From an uncultured bacterium (GTDB taxonomy: Bacteria > CSSED10-310 > CAZUFC01), in the NCBI GenBank assembly GCA_964619725.1, contig CAZUFC010000043.1, positions 1-60,491 of the forward strand: DNA of 60,491 bases, in the 5' to 3' direction. Under the pieces are notes generated by a model, which worked only from the letters and a program-made list of their open reading frames with translations, searched no databases and was not told the DNA's origin. Position numbers and translations under genes: made by a program. Positions within the stretch are counted from its first letter, which is position 1. Each line of letters starts with the position of its first letter. This document shows positions 27,703 through 38,900 of the stretch, one piece after another.

Positions 27703-29607
27703 ATGGAAATTGAAAACCTGGAAGAATTGCCTGAATATATTGAACTCATGAGCGGACGGGAGGTTCCTTTTTTCCGTAACGTAATACTGGAATTGACCTC
27801 AGCCTGCAATCTCAATTGCATTATGTGTCCCCGCAGTTTCGGGCGTTTCCGCACTACGCCGGGTAAGAGGATGTCGACGGAGGTAATGGATATTTTTCTG
27901 GAGGAGATACTGCCGCATGTATCCCGTGTAGATATCGTCGGGGACGGCGAAAGTTTCCTGGTTCCCGGTCTTTTTTTCAGGCTTATGAAAAAGACTGTCG
28001 AGCGGAATGTGCCTGTGACGGCCTGTTCCAACGGTCAATTAATCGACGCAGAGACAGCGGAAAAACTCATCCGTTATCGACTGCATGACCTTTCCATCTC
28101 AATTGATGCTGCAACGGAAGAGACTTATAAGAGGATAAGGAGAGCGGATTTTCAAAATTTAATGAAGAATATTCGCGGGTTAAAAGAATTAAAAGAAAAA
28201 ATGAATTCAGAGAGGCCGCGTCTTCATTTTACGATGGTCGCCATGAAAATGAATTTTTCCGAATTGCCCGAATTGATCCGTTTGGCGGAAAAATTAAAAG
28301 TCGAAGATGTGACGGTTCAGGCGCTGGGAGAAGAGGGGCCTGAAATTAAGGGAGAGTCGGTTTTCCATCATCACAAAGAGCTTTTCGACAGGATATATGC
28401 TGAGGCCGAGGAAACGGCTCAGAAAACGGGAGTTAAGTTGAAATTATGGCCCGAGACTTTTAATTTTTCGGGTAAGGCATTTGAGGAGAAGGGAGAGGGT
28501 AAAAGTGAATTATACAAGGATTGTTGTTTTCCGTGGGAAACGCCATACATAACGACGGAGGGCGATGTGCGGCCCTGTTGCGCTGATTTTCCTGCTTTCG
28601 GAAACGTATTGGAAGAGGATATTCGGGACATCTGGAGAGGGAGTGATTTTTCAAAATTACGGAGGGCATTATTGAAAAATCATCCTCCCAAAGTATGCAT
28701 AGAGTGCCCTGGAACGGGTTGGAGGAAGGCGGCGGCATTGAGGGCTGCATTGACGGCTGATATGGATGATGCTTATTTCAGTTTCGGTTTTCATGGGTTG
28801 GAGGGTGAAGTCAGGAGTTACAGATGGACGAATGAGAAGGCAGTATTATTTCTCCGCAGAGCAGAAAGCGCTGATGCCTTAATTATTGATCTGGCGAAGG
28901 GCGCTTTTGACGGCTCGCCGAGTGAGCTCCGAATTACTCTCGATGATGGTGAACCTTTCCATGTCATACTGTCGGATAATGTTTCTCAGTCATTCTTGTT
29001 GCCGCTTGAGGAGAGCACAAAAGAAATTGTCAGGGTAGAGATGGATGTGCCTGGAGTAAGGCGACCGATCGATGTTGTGAGAAACAGCACGGATTCGCGG
29101 TCGTTAGGAGTCATGTTTTACAGTATATATCCCTTTCAACGAAAATTTACAGCTATTTTCGACCAGAAGATCGAGCTGTTGGGCTGTGAATATCCCTCAG
29201 GGGCGGTTAACAAGGGAGAATCGTTTGTTTTTCGGGCGTTCTGGCGTTTTTTGAGTTATCCCGTGGACGAGGAACCCCGGGTTTTCCTACATTTTTACGG
29301 AGGGAATTACGGTAATCGTTTCATACCGCATCATTTAAAGAGGGCGAAGCGCCGGCGATTGTTTTTCCAGGGAGATCATGATATGAATCGGCCGGGCCGC
29401 GGTTCGGACTCACGGAACCCTCATGAGCTGATAATAGATGAGATCGAGACGGTTCCGCCGGACAGGATCGATGCGGGACCCTACATCATTGAAATGGGAC
29501 TCTATGAATCCTCAAGCGGCAGGAGAATGAGGGTAAATACCGAGGAGAAATTTTCCCGTTTAAGAAAATCAATCATTATCGGAGAAATTCAGATAGAAGA
29601 ATCTTAA
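27703..29607 (+). CDS. Radical SAM / SPASM-twitch protein with C-terminal beta-sandwich extensions (paralogue 1)
   Basis: CNLNCIMC; GDGES; SIDAA...Y..IR; CCFPW..YI..EG.V.PCC ... C..C; RWT and DSRSLGV motifs. Confidence 0.88.
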   Translation: MEIENLEELPEYIELMSGREVPFFRNVILELTSACNLNCIMCPRSFGRFRTTPGKRMSTEVMDIFLEEILPHVSRVDIVGDGESFLVPGLFFRLMKKTVERNVPVTACSNGQLIDAETAEKLIRYRLHDLSISIDAATEETYKRIRRADFQNLMKNIRGLKELKEKMNSERPRLHFTMVAMKMNFSELPELIRLAEKLKVEDVTVQALGEEGPEIKGESVFHHHKELFDRIYAEAEETAQKTGVKLKLWPETFNFSGKAFEEKGEGKSELYKDCCFPWETPYITTEGDVRPCCADFPAFGNVLEEDIRDIWRGSDFSKLRRALLKNHPPKVCIECPGTGWRKAAALRAALTADMDDAYFSFGFHGLEGEVRSYRWTNEKAVLFLRRAESADALIIDLAKGAFDGSPSELRITLDDGEPFHVILSDNVSQSFLLPLEESTKEIVRVEMDVPGVRRPIDVVRNSTDSRSLGVMFYSIYPFQRKFTAIFDQKIELLGCEYPSGAVNKGESFVFRAFWRFLSYPVDEEPRVFLHFYGGNYGNRFIPHHLKRAKRRRLFFQGDHDMNRPGRGSDSRNPHELIIDEIETVPPDRIDAGPYIIEMGLYESSSGRRMRVNTEEKFSRLRKSIIIGEIQIEES

Positions 29608-29608
29608 G

Positions 29609-31537
29609 ATGAAAAGGGAATATTTAGAAGACGACGAGCAGGTGATCAGGCATTTGACGGAAGAGGTTCCTTTGCCGACTGCGGTGAATCTGGAATTGAC
29701 GACGCGCTGCAATTTAAGATGCGTCATGTGCCCGAAGACTGCCGGAAGACCACGGACTCCGCCGGACAGAATGATGGACCCTGATATTTTTCAGAAGGTT
29801 TTGGAAGAAATAGCGCCGAATGTTTATCGGGTTGATCTGGTGGGAGACGGCGAGGTTCTTCTGGCCGGCAGGATGCTGGAGGAGTTGCTGGAAAGGACGA
29901 AAAAGCTCGGCGTAATGGTTAATCTGTGTACAAATGGCGTTTTGCTTGATGGAGCAATGTCGGAGCTGCTTATTAAAGGGGGGCTGCACGATATGAACGT
30001 ATCCCTGGATGCTGTTGATCCGGAGACATACCGTGCAATAAGAGGAGCGAATTTGAATAAGGTTTTGAATAATATCAGAGGGTTGAACAGACTGAAAAAA
30101 GAATTCGGAACAGATATCCCTCATCTTCATTTTTCCATGGTCGGGATGAAGCGAAATATCGGTCAATTGCCCGAACTGGTAAATTTAGCCTCGGAATTAG
30201 GCGCCGAGACTGTTACTTTGCAGGCTTTGGGCGAAGTCGAAGCGGTCAGGGAAGAATCGGTTTGGCTGCATGATGCCGGAGCCGCTAAACGGATTTACGA
30301 CCAGGCGCGTAAACAGGGAGAAAAAGTAAACGTTAAAACGTTTCTATGGCCGGAGGATCAACTTGACGACCGTGACGGGTCGAATTCTGACGGGAAAAAT
30401 GGGAAAAATATTGCAGAAGGCGTGAAGGCCGGTGAATACAGAAAAGATTGCGAATTCCCCTGGGACGTTCCTTATGTCTGCACGGACGGCAATATTTTAC
30501 CCTGCTGCGCCATGCCCAGTATGGGAAGCCTGAAAGAAAAATCTTTTCGAGAAATATGGCACAGCGCAGCGTATAAGGACCTTCGGAGACGAATATGGAG
30601 CACATCGCCGCCTGATATTTGCCTGCATGGTTGCCCCGGTCGGGGTTTCAGAAAACCTGCGCCGCCGTCGGCAGGGATCGAACCCGCCATGGATACCAAA
30701 ATCATAGGATTGGGATGGTTTGAAGCGGAAGCGGGAGGAGACGGGGCCGTCTACCGGTGGACCAGGAAAAAATCGGTTTTCTTCCTTTTGAATAATCCCG
30801 GGGCCGTTGTTTCCATGAAGTTGAGAAAGGAACAGGCTTCAGGAGCCTCAAACAGCGGAAGAATTTATATTAACGGCAAAATGGCGGGAAATTTTTTTTT
30901 GGATTCGCCGCATTGGCAGGATGTTCTGGTTCCGGCGCCTGTATTGAAAGATAAATTGCTGAAAGTTGAAATTGAGGTTGACCGGACCTGGCGCCCCAGA
31001 GAGGTCATAGAAGGATCGGAGGACCCCAGGGAGCTCGGCGTGCAATTCGGAGGAGGAAAACTGGAGGGGGAGCGTTCGCGATTCGTTTTCGATGAATCTC
31101 TGGAAATTCTGGGCTACAAAATATTACCTGAAAAAATAAAATCGGGTAATAAAATCAATATAACTTATTACTGGCGCTGCTTAGCCTCCGTGATCGAGGA
31201 TTATGCTGTTTTCGTCCATTTCGTTCACGAAAAGCACACTTCTCGCCTTTCCAGAAAAAAGGAAGCGCTCAAGAGACGATTCGGATTGGGTTCCAATGTA
31301 ATATTCCAGCAGGATCACCGCCCTTGTGAAGGTCGTTATCCTTTCAACGAATGGACAAAGGAGGAGGTTGTTGCGGAAACGTATGAGCTTCAGGTACCGG
31401 GTCATATCAGAAAGGGTCGCTATCTTATATTATTGGGTATCTGGAATCCCGAAACCGGGAAAAGACTGCCCATAAGTTGTTGTAAGGAATCCGTATCAAA
31501 AGATGTCGCTGCCCTGGGTTCCCTGCTGATTCAATGA
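29609..31537 (+). CDS. Radical SAM / SPASM-twitch protein with C-terminal beta-sandwich extensions (paralogue 2)
   Basis: CNLRCVMC; GDGE; CEFPW..YV..DG...PCC; GWF..E....YRWT, DPRELGV, VFVH...FQQDH; colinear with the upstream gene. Confidence 0.88.
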   Translation: MKREYLEDDEQVIRHLTEEVPLPTAVNLELTTRCNLRCVMCPKTAGRPRTPPDRMMDPDIFQKVLEEIAPNVYRVDLVGDGEVLLAGRMLEELLERTKKLGVMVNLCTNGVLLDGAMSELLIKGGLHDMNVSLDAVDPETYRAIRGANLNKVLNNIRGLNRLKKEFGTDIPHLHFSMVGMKRNIGQLPELVNLASELGAETVTLQALGEVEAVREESVWLHDAGAAKRIYDQARKQGEKVNVKTFLWPEDQLDDRDGSNSDGKNGKNIAEGVKAGEYRKDCEFPWDVPYVCTDGNILPCCAMPSMGSLKEKSFREIWHSAAYKDLRRRIWSTSPPDICLHGCPGRGFRKPAPPSAGIEPAMDTKIIGLGWFEAEAGGDGAVYRWTRKKSVFFLLNNPGAVVSMKLRKEQASGASNSGRIYINGKMAGNFFLDSPHWQDVLVPAPVLKDKLLKVEIEVDRTWRPREVIEGSEDPRELGVQFGGGKLEGERSRFVFDESLEILGYKILPEKIKSGNKINITYYWRCLASVIEDYAVFVHFVHEKHTSRLSRKKEALKRRFGLGSNVIFQQDHRPCEGRYPFNEWTKEEVVAETYELQVPGHIRKGRYLILLGIWNPETGKRLPISCCKESVSKDVAALGSLLIQ

Positions 31538-32742
31538 GCGCTGAATTTAAGACGAAGAAACCTCTGGCTTTCGTAATTCAAAGGTTCGGAGCGGATATCG
31601 ACGGGGGAGCTGAAAATCATTGCCTCCAGTTGACGGTCCGTCTTAAACGCATTATGCCTCTGGAAATAATCACAACCTGCGCTCAAGACTATATCACCTG
31701 GAAAAATGTATACAAGCCGGGAACTGATATGGTTGAAGGGGTGACTGTACATCGCTTTCCTAATTCAGAAACCAGGGATATGCGAGTTTTTAATGAATTT
31801 TCCAAAAAAATATTCGGCGCTTTATCCTCAAAAGAGGAGCAGTTGGAGTGGATTCGCAGGCAGGGTCCCTATTGTCCGGACCTGATAGAATTTATACGGC
31901 AAAATCGCCGCCGTTACAGCGGATTCATTTTTTACGTTTATCTCTACTACCCGACATATTACGGAGTCCAGATCGAACCGGAAAAGAGCATCCTTGTTCC
32001 GACTGCTCACGACGAACCTGCTATAAGACTCCCTGTATTTAAGGAGATGTTTAAAGCGCCGGCCGGATTTCTGTTTCTTACGGAAAAAGAAAAAGAGTTT
32101 GTTGAATCGATCTTTTCCATGGGAGACCGGCCGTATGACGTAATCGGCGCCGGGATTTCCAAACCACTCCGTACGGACCCGGCACGATTCAGAAAAAAAT
32201 ACGGTATTCAGAGTCCTTATTTGCTGGTTATGGGCAGGATAGAAGCCGGAAAGGGATGTTCCGAACTGGTCCGATATTTTCTGGAAATGAAAAGCCGTCG
32301 TCCTTCAAATTTGCAGCTCCTCTTCATCGGAAAACTTCACATGGAGCTTCCTGATCATCCGGATATTTCCTATATAGGTTTTTTGCCGGATGATGATAAA
32401 TTTGATGCCGTTTCCGGAGCAGAAGCCGTCGCCATACCCTCTCCATTTGAAAGTCTGTCGATAGCCGCCCTGGAAGCTATGTCCTGCGGCGTTCCCATCA
32501 TCGTCAACGAAAATTGCAGCGTGCTTGCCGATCATTGCATAAAAAGCAACGGAGGACTCTATTATAAAAATTCGGAAGAATTTATGGAGATAGTCGCTCT
32601 TCTTGGACAGAACTCCGAAATGCGGTCCAAAATGGGAAAAAACGGGCAAAAATACGTTCAGTCATTCTATTCATGGAACAGAGTCGTCCGTAAATTCTGT
32701 AAAAACGTCAGGGAGATGTTCGGTGATGACGCGGATTGTTGA
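31534..32742 (+). CDS. Glycosyltransferase family 4 (GT-B)
   Basis: GGAE, GRIE..KG, PS.FESLSIAALEAM..GVP; ATGA overlap with the upstream gene. Confidence 0.92.
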   Translation: MSAEFKTKKPLAFVIQRFGADIDGGAENHCLQLTVRLKRIMPLEIITTCAQDYITWKNVYKPGTDMVEGVTVHRFPNSETRDMRVFNEFSKKIFGALSSKEEQLEWIRRQGPYCPDLIEFIRQNRRRYSGFIFYVYLYYPTYYGVQIEPEKSILVPTAHDEPAIRLPVFKEMFKAPAGFLFLTEKEKEFVESIFSMGDRPYDVIGAGISKPLRTDPARFRKKYGIQSPYLLVMGRIEAGKGCSELVRYFLEMKSRRPSNLQLLFIGKLHMELPDHPDISYIGFLPDDDKFDAVSGAEAVAIPSPFESLSIAALEAMSCGVPIIVNENCSVLADHCIKSNGGLYYKNSEEFMEIVALLGQNSEMRSKMGKNGQKYVQSFYSWNRVVRKFCKNVREMFGDDADC

Positions 32743-32750
32743 GCGGCCTT

Positions 32751-32931
32751 AACCCGTATTTCTCATACAAAACCAATTACGAGCGTCCATGTCACGGTGC
32801 CTTCAAGCATTGTTCCCTGAGGACTTGGTTAACATAACGCTGCTATGCTTCCGCAGTCCTCCGGTCCGCCATGCTCGAATCTGCGGGAATCTGAACGCTC
32901 TCACTTCGATTTTGTATTAGAAATCCGGGTT
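32751..32931. mobile_element. 181-bp MITE with 22-bp terminal inverted repeats
   Basis: AACCCGTATTTCTCATACAAAA ... TTTTGTATTAGAAATCCGGGTT (20/22); nested internal stems GAGCGT/ACGCTC, GAGGACT/AGTCCTC, CATA/TATG; between convergent genes. Confidence 0.8.
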
Positions 32932-32991
32932 TGAACACTGAGAGATTTATTAAAATTCAGAATGCTCTTTTATACTTTTTGTCTCAGTTCA

Positions 32992-35862
32992 TCATCCCGA
33001 AACCAGGCTCATTCGTAATGCCCTGACCATGAGTTTCAATTGTTCGATATGGGTTTTTTCAACGATGGCGTCGGACAGGAGGGTTCCTGCCTCCCAGAGC
33101 TGGTGGTCTATATCCTGAGAAACGAAGCGTGACATTGAGAGCATTTCGCGGCTTTTTTCCGGCTGTTCGAGGAGGACATAGAGCAGTCTGAGGATCATGC
33201 AGGCGAAATAGTTATCAACGGTGACCGAGTTCCAGTATTTCATGCCTTTTTCAAACGCTGCGGCGGCAGCCTGGTCGTTGTCGCTTTTCAGGAATATCAA
33301 AATTCCGTATTCATTCCATATGACGCCTCGTTCGGGATGCGCCTGGAGCAATTCGGCAAGCATTTTTTCGAGAAAATCGAACTCTGATTGTCTCCTTAAA
33401 TAATCTATCTGTTGGATCAGAAAGGTGAGAAAGTGCTTGGAATGGATTTCGAAATCCGACGTATCCAACTGCGACAACCGATTGTAGTATTTTTTAAAGA
33501 AGCTTTGAGAAATCGCCGGTTCGTCCAGCATTCGTGCGCATTTGATCAATTGTTGATAATTCAGTATGCCTGTTTCCGGTTCGTCCAGAAGTTTTATATA
33601 AAATTCGCGTTCGATAATGATGAGAAATTCAGCGGGTTCAGGCGTTTGCCGATTCGTTTCGAGCATTTCGATGATTCTGTTGAACAGTTCCGGCGCGTAA
33701 ATTATGCATTGTTTAAAGTGATAGAGGGCTTCTTCAGGCTTTTCTGCTGCCAGGTCGAGCAAACCAAGTTCCAGGTATGGATTCGCCGCAAGGTGACTAT
33801 GATCTACAAAAAATGGGTTGAGTTCTGCTGCGGCAACCAGATGTTGTCTGGCCATATCGTAATCCTTGACTGATTTGTAGAATTTAGCGATCCTTATATG
33901 ATACAAAGGATTGTTGGGGTTGTAATGGAGCGCTTTTTTCAAAAAATATTCTTCCAGTTCAATCCTGTTCAGGTCATCACTGTAGTATTTGTACCATGCG
34001 CTCATCAGAAAATAGAGATGAGGATCGAAGCGATTGAAAGATAAGGCTTTGCTCAAGAGGTGTTTGGTTTCGGGCACTTTGTCCGGATGAACGGATTCGA
34101 CGGCCTGTTTTTTCAGCAGATCAGAAGCCTGGAGACTGAATTGCGAAAGCAGAACGGCAACGGCCACAGGAATGATAAGAAAAGTCTCGAATCTTTTCGC
34201 CCTGGAAAAGAGAGACTCTTTTCTTTTTTCTATTTTGGAATGTCTGGATGACCAGAGCGCCGCTGCGAAGGGCAACCACACAAGGAATCCGCCGTCCCGC
34301 TCGAAGAACCGGGAATCGTCCAAACCCTGGATAAGGAAACCGACTAACGCGGTGAAAGAAGCAATATGAAGGAAGGGGATTGGATAGCGTTTTTTTGCTT
34401 TCCAGAATTCATAGAGCGTTTTGGCGATCAGCACAAAAAAAGTTACGATTCCTAAAAGTCCTGAATAGACCAGTATATCCACATACATGTTTCCGGAGTT
34501 GTAGAGCGTGGCCGCTGCCGCACCGGAACTCAGCGTGTATTTTATTGATTTATAGGGGAATGCGAATTTCAATGTTGAAGGTCCTATTCCGATAAAAGGG
34601 GACGATTTTAAATTTGAAAGAGCGCCGGCCCAGAATGATGTCTTTTCTGCCGCTTCCTGTCTGAAAAATTGAAGAAAAGTTGTTAATTTATGAGCGGAGC
34701 TGATCTCCATTTCCGAAAAAAAGAGATTTATTCCCGGGAATTTGATGAAAAAGAATGAGATAAACAAGATAATAAAAGGCAGGGGATAGAGCAGGGGAAT
34801 TTTCCGCGATACGCGATTACTTCGGTTCAGTTTGCTTCTGATGAGGAGATAAAACAGCAGAAATTCCGACATGAGAGCCAGCCATGCGCCGACGGAAAAA
34901 GAAAAAAACACTGCAGCTCCCATTATCAGGACAGACAGATGAATTACGATGCGGATTTTTTTGTCGGTGTATTTAAATAAGGCGGCGCAGAGGAAGGGAA
35001 TGACCATAAGAATATGAAAACCGATGGAGTTGGGCGGAGTTTCGGACACCCACATTCGATGAAAAAGACCTTCTCTGATGCCCATCGCTTCAACTCTCAG
35101 AAATATTTTCCAGAACATGCTGACCGCCATCATAAGGCCATGAAATAAAGGGACGGCGAAGATACGAATCGCCTCGGCCGAGGAATGAATATAATTTCCG
35201 ACAATGATCATGAGCACAGCCATTTCACACAAGTAAAGAAATGTTGGAATGCTTTTAGCCGTAACTTTCGAAGTCGCTGTCGACAGCCCGATACTCAACA
35301 GGAAAATTAACACGGGCCAAAGATAATCGGTCAGAATGAACGCCTTTTCATTTCTTCTGGCGCTTTCAACCAGGTGATGAATGACCACTATTATAAAAAA
35401 TAGATGAATAGGGAGCAGGGGCGCTATTTTTTCAGTTTGATACGGCCCGGCTTGAAAAACGATCAGCAACCCCAGTCCGGCCTCGAACATGCGGCGTTTC
35501 GGAAAATAATACAATGATACAAGCAGAATTGAGGTAATGGATGTCATCCAGAAGAAGAGAACATCGTCGGAGTATTGGTTTAAAACATCCAGGGTGATGC
35601 GGATGACGAAGGAGATGTAGAGGATTCCCGATGCGAGATTAGTCGTTGTGCGGCTGTCGAATTGTGAAAGGAGAGAAGGTCGCACGAATTTTTTATAAAA
35701 TATTAACAGGGCGACGCAAAGGATCATTTGAAAATAAAAAACGGAGAGAATTTGGAAATTTGCGGCATCGACCTTGATATCCATGAATAAGAGAAAAGAA
35801 AGCCATAAACAGAAGGCTGAGAAGAGCAATGAAATTCCCGCTTGTTTCCAGTTTTTTTCCAT
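32992..35862 (-). CDS. O-antigen ligase (Wzy_C / O-OTase-like) polytopic membrane protein with C-terminal TPRs
   Basis: Many TM helices; PN..G, SFSVGAWLAL, W......PFIGIGP, N.Y.....SGLLG motifs; TPR region; GGAGG RBS. Confidence 0.75.
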   Translation of the reverse strand: MEKNWKQAGISLLFSAFCLWLSFLLFMDIKVDAANFQILSVFYFQMILCVALLIFYKKFVRPSLLSQFDSRTTTNLASGILYISFVIRITLDVLNQYSDDVLFFWMTSITSILLVSLYYFPKRRMFEAGLGLLIVFQAGPYQTEKIAPLLPIHLFFIIVVIHHLVESARRNEKAFILTDYLWPVLIFLLSIGLSTATSKVTAKSIPTFLYLCEMAVLMIIVGNYIHSSAEAIRIFAVPLFHGLMMAVSMFWKIFLRVEAMGIREGLFHRMWVSETPPNSIGFHILMVIPFLCAALFKYTDKKIRIVIHLSVLIMGAAVFFSFSVGAWLALMSEFLLFYLLIRSKLNRSNRVSRKIPLLYPLPFIILFISFFFIKFPGINLFFSEMEISSAHKLTTFLQFFRQEAAEKTSFWAGALSNLKSSPFIGIGPSTLKFAFPYKSIKYTLSSGAAAATLYNSGNMYVDILVYSGLLGIVTFFVLIAKTLYEFWKAKKRYPIPFLHIASFTALVGFLIQGLDDSRFFERDGGFLVWLPFAAALWSSRHSKIEKRKESLFSRAKRFETFLIIPVAVAVLLSQFSLQASDLLKKQAVESVHPDKVPETKHLLSKALSFNRFDPHLYFLMSAWYKYYSDDLNRIELEEYFLKKALHYNPNNPLYHIRIAKFYKSVKDYDMARQHLVAAAELNPFFVDHSHLAANPYLELGLLDLAAEKPEEALYHFKQCIIYAPELFNRIIEMLETNRQTPEPAEFLIIIEREFYIKLLDEPETGILNYQQLIKCARMLDEPAISQSFFKKYYNRLSQLDTSDFEIHSKHFLTFLIQQIDYLRRQSEFDFLEKMLAELLQAHPERGVIWNEYGILIFLKSDNDQAAAAAFEKGMKYWNSVTVDNYFACMILRLLYVLLEQPEKSREMLSMSRFVSQDIDHQLWEAGTLLSDAIVEKTHIEQLKLMVRALRMSLVSG

Positions 35863-35989
35863 GGTTCCTCCGAGACGGATTACATTTTATCAATTAAAAA
35901 TGAAATGCGCTAATGAAAAAACGATTTTGCCATCGTCGAAAGGAGGAAGTATAATCAAGAAGGAAACATTCGCAGGATGGGAGAAAAAA

Positions 35990-38900
35990 ATGTTTGGACA
36001 TCTAATAAAGAAAATGAAGATAAGAACGATTTTTTTCCTTTTTATGATTTTTGTGGTTTTTTCGGCAGGGGCGGCCGAACCGGAAGAATTGCAGCATGAT
36101 GAGCATACGTTATTTCTGAGTCATTTCAACGGAAGTTTAGAGAGTTCCGACGGCGCAGAGCCGTTGATATCGGAAGGACTGGAATTTGAGGGTGGTATAA
36201 TCGGCGAAGGAGTTGAGATTGATCGAGTGGACAAGCTTCAGTATGATGCGGGTGAATCCGGGGAGCGGATAAATACGGAACAGGGGACGATTGAATTTTG
36301 GTATAAGCCATACTGGAACGGTTTCGATCATTGGAAGATAAGCACTTCAAGGATATTTACGTACGGGAATCACCAAAATCGTATGTGGATACAGGTAGCT
36401 GGGACGAGCGTGCAATTGGGATTTTATAAATATGCGGATGATGTGGTTCAGAGTACTGCGGCGACGGCAGGTATAAGTTCCTGGGTAAAGGAGAACTGGT
36501 ATTTTGTAGCGGTTACCTGGGATATCGACAAAGAGCTGAAGATATACATAGACGGAGAATTGTCGTCCGTGCGTGATTTGCCCCGAGTTCATTTGGACCC
36601 TTATGATACTTTTGAAATAGGTTATTGGGATTTAGGTTGGTCGGAGCGAGCTTTAGGCGTGATAGACGAATTTCGGATCAGCGATATAGTGCGAGAGGAT
36701 GATGAAATTGCGCAGGACTATGTGAGTTCTGCCGGATTCGATCTGATAGGATTATCGCTTTCACCTGGATTTGCTGCAGTAGAAATCGATCATGAAGTTC
36801 CAATGACCGTTCACGGCATTTTTGACGAAGCGGAGAGGGGGCGAAGCGTAAGTTTGCCTTTCACGGGATATGTAGAATGGATTATTGATATGGACCCGCC
36901 CGGCTGCGGAGAATTCGATACAGAAAATTCATCCGTTACGGCGCTGGAACTGGGCGTCATAAACGTTACGGCGGAGAAGGACGGATTATTATCATATGAG
37001 AATGTGATAGAAGTTCAGGAGCCTGATCCTCAATTTGTACCTGAAAATTTAACGGCTGAAAGTTACAAAATTGCGGTCGATTTATCGTGGGATGCCGTAG
37101 GATATTCACAGTCAGCCTACAGGGATTCCGGCAGTGCGGGATATGTGCTTTACAGAAGAAATGCGAGCCAGGGCGATCCTTTTCCTGATGATCCGACGGA
37201 AATAATAGAAGATTATAATACGGATCAATTTCGAGACATACCCCCGGAAGGCGGCCAAACTTATGAATATAAGCTCGGCACATGCGATGAGTATGGGAAC
37301 ATTCGATCTTTATTTTCCGATCCGGTTTCGATTTACGTGGAATGTTTTACTGATCTGGATGTGACTTATATTGAGAGGAATCCCAAGTATCCGCGCAATT
37401 TGGGCGGGGATCGCAAAACCTGGCCGGATGTGGGAGAAACGGTTACATTTACGGCGCATGTCATTAACAAGGGAAATTGTTTATCTGATCCGGCTCCTTA
37501 CAGTTGGCGCATCGATGATGTGGCGATGGGGTCTGGAACGGTTCCGGCGTTATCGGCGGATGAGGAGTTTACGACGGAGTTGACGTGGGACTGGGTGGAC
37601 GAGAGCCTTCCCGTTCGTTTTTCCGTTGATGCGGGCGGAATGAACGAGGTTACGGGAGGCAATGATTCTCTGTTGAACAGGACGAAGGATAATCAGGCTG
37701 CTTTATGGGTTGAGGAGAGCGTATTTGAGTTTTTTGAGGAACGCGAGGGAGCGGTGGGGAGTTTTTCCTGGGAGGACTGGATCAATTACGAATACATTGC
37801 ATTCATTCACCAGACATTTGAAGAGGCGGTTTATCCATTGACGCCCGACGGCATACGTGAACGGGTGAGGATTGATACGCATGAAGTTATTCAGGACGGC
37901 ATCATCTATAACGCGGCTTATCCTCCTTTCAAACAATCTGAAAACATACTTTTCGATAATTTATGGGGATGGCCGATAGCCGTACTTGACGGGAATCCCC
38001 TGGACCATGGATTCATAGGATGGGCGACTCATGAATGGGGGCATCAATGGGGGCTGGTAGACCTTTACGCTTTAAACGTTGTCGGCGATGATATTTTCGT
38101 GGAGGATTTTACGGGCGAACTGGTCGCCGGCACGGAAGACCTTCCTTTGCTGTCCTTCGGAGTCGCTTATCTGACAGACCGGCTGCCCTATATGATGGGC
38201 GGCGATTATACGCGATGGAGCGATTTTTCTTCCTACCTGCTGGACTCTAAAACGCAGTTGCGCAGACCGGACCTGGTGGGCGAGCATCTGGATGATTTCT
38301 CACTGGAAAATAAAATTCGCATACTCAGCGCGGAAGGAGAGGCGCTTGAAGAGGCGCTGGTTTGGATTTACCACACGGAACAGGTATTCTGGGACTGGTA
38401 TAGAAAAGTAATCGATAACGTTCCTGATGTCGTCGACTGGACGGATCAATCAGGGCTTATTTCATTGGGCGATGAACCGTTCGGCGATTATGCCGATTTG
38501 CAGTTTGCCGAGGGAATAATACTTATCCGAACCCGTTACAATCAACAGGTGGATTATCAGTTCAAGGATCAGATTGATTTTAATATGAGTTACTGGGCGG
38601 GGAATCTCGAAGAAACTGTGATAGATATTCAGACGGACATTCTAAGTTCCGCTGTGCCCTCGGAAGAAAATTACGCTCTTTTCAAGGATGCGTCGGCGTC
38701 GAGCTTTATGCCGCGGTGCGGTCCTCAACTGGCGGTTAACGGCGACAAGACCGTTTATTCTTATCATTGGTCTCCTGTGACTACGGAAGCGGGCGAATGG
38801 TGGCAGGTCGATCTGGGAGAGCAGTACGACGTCTGTTCCGTTATCGTTTATCCTCAAGCGGAAAATAGAAAATACTGGTGGAATGTCTATCGAATCGACA

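Noticed and set aside
27703-31537. RiPP maturase cluster
   Set aside because: No precursor peptide, RRE/PqqD domain, peptidase or exporter nearby; the context is a glycosyltransferase
35774-35989. N-terminal extension of the 1779-aa ORF (also the ORF-track starts at 22316, 25895, 44931, 57920 and 58110)
   Set aside because: They overlap neighbouring genes or precede the signal peptide; downstream ATGs have better RBS or signal context
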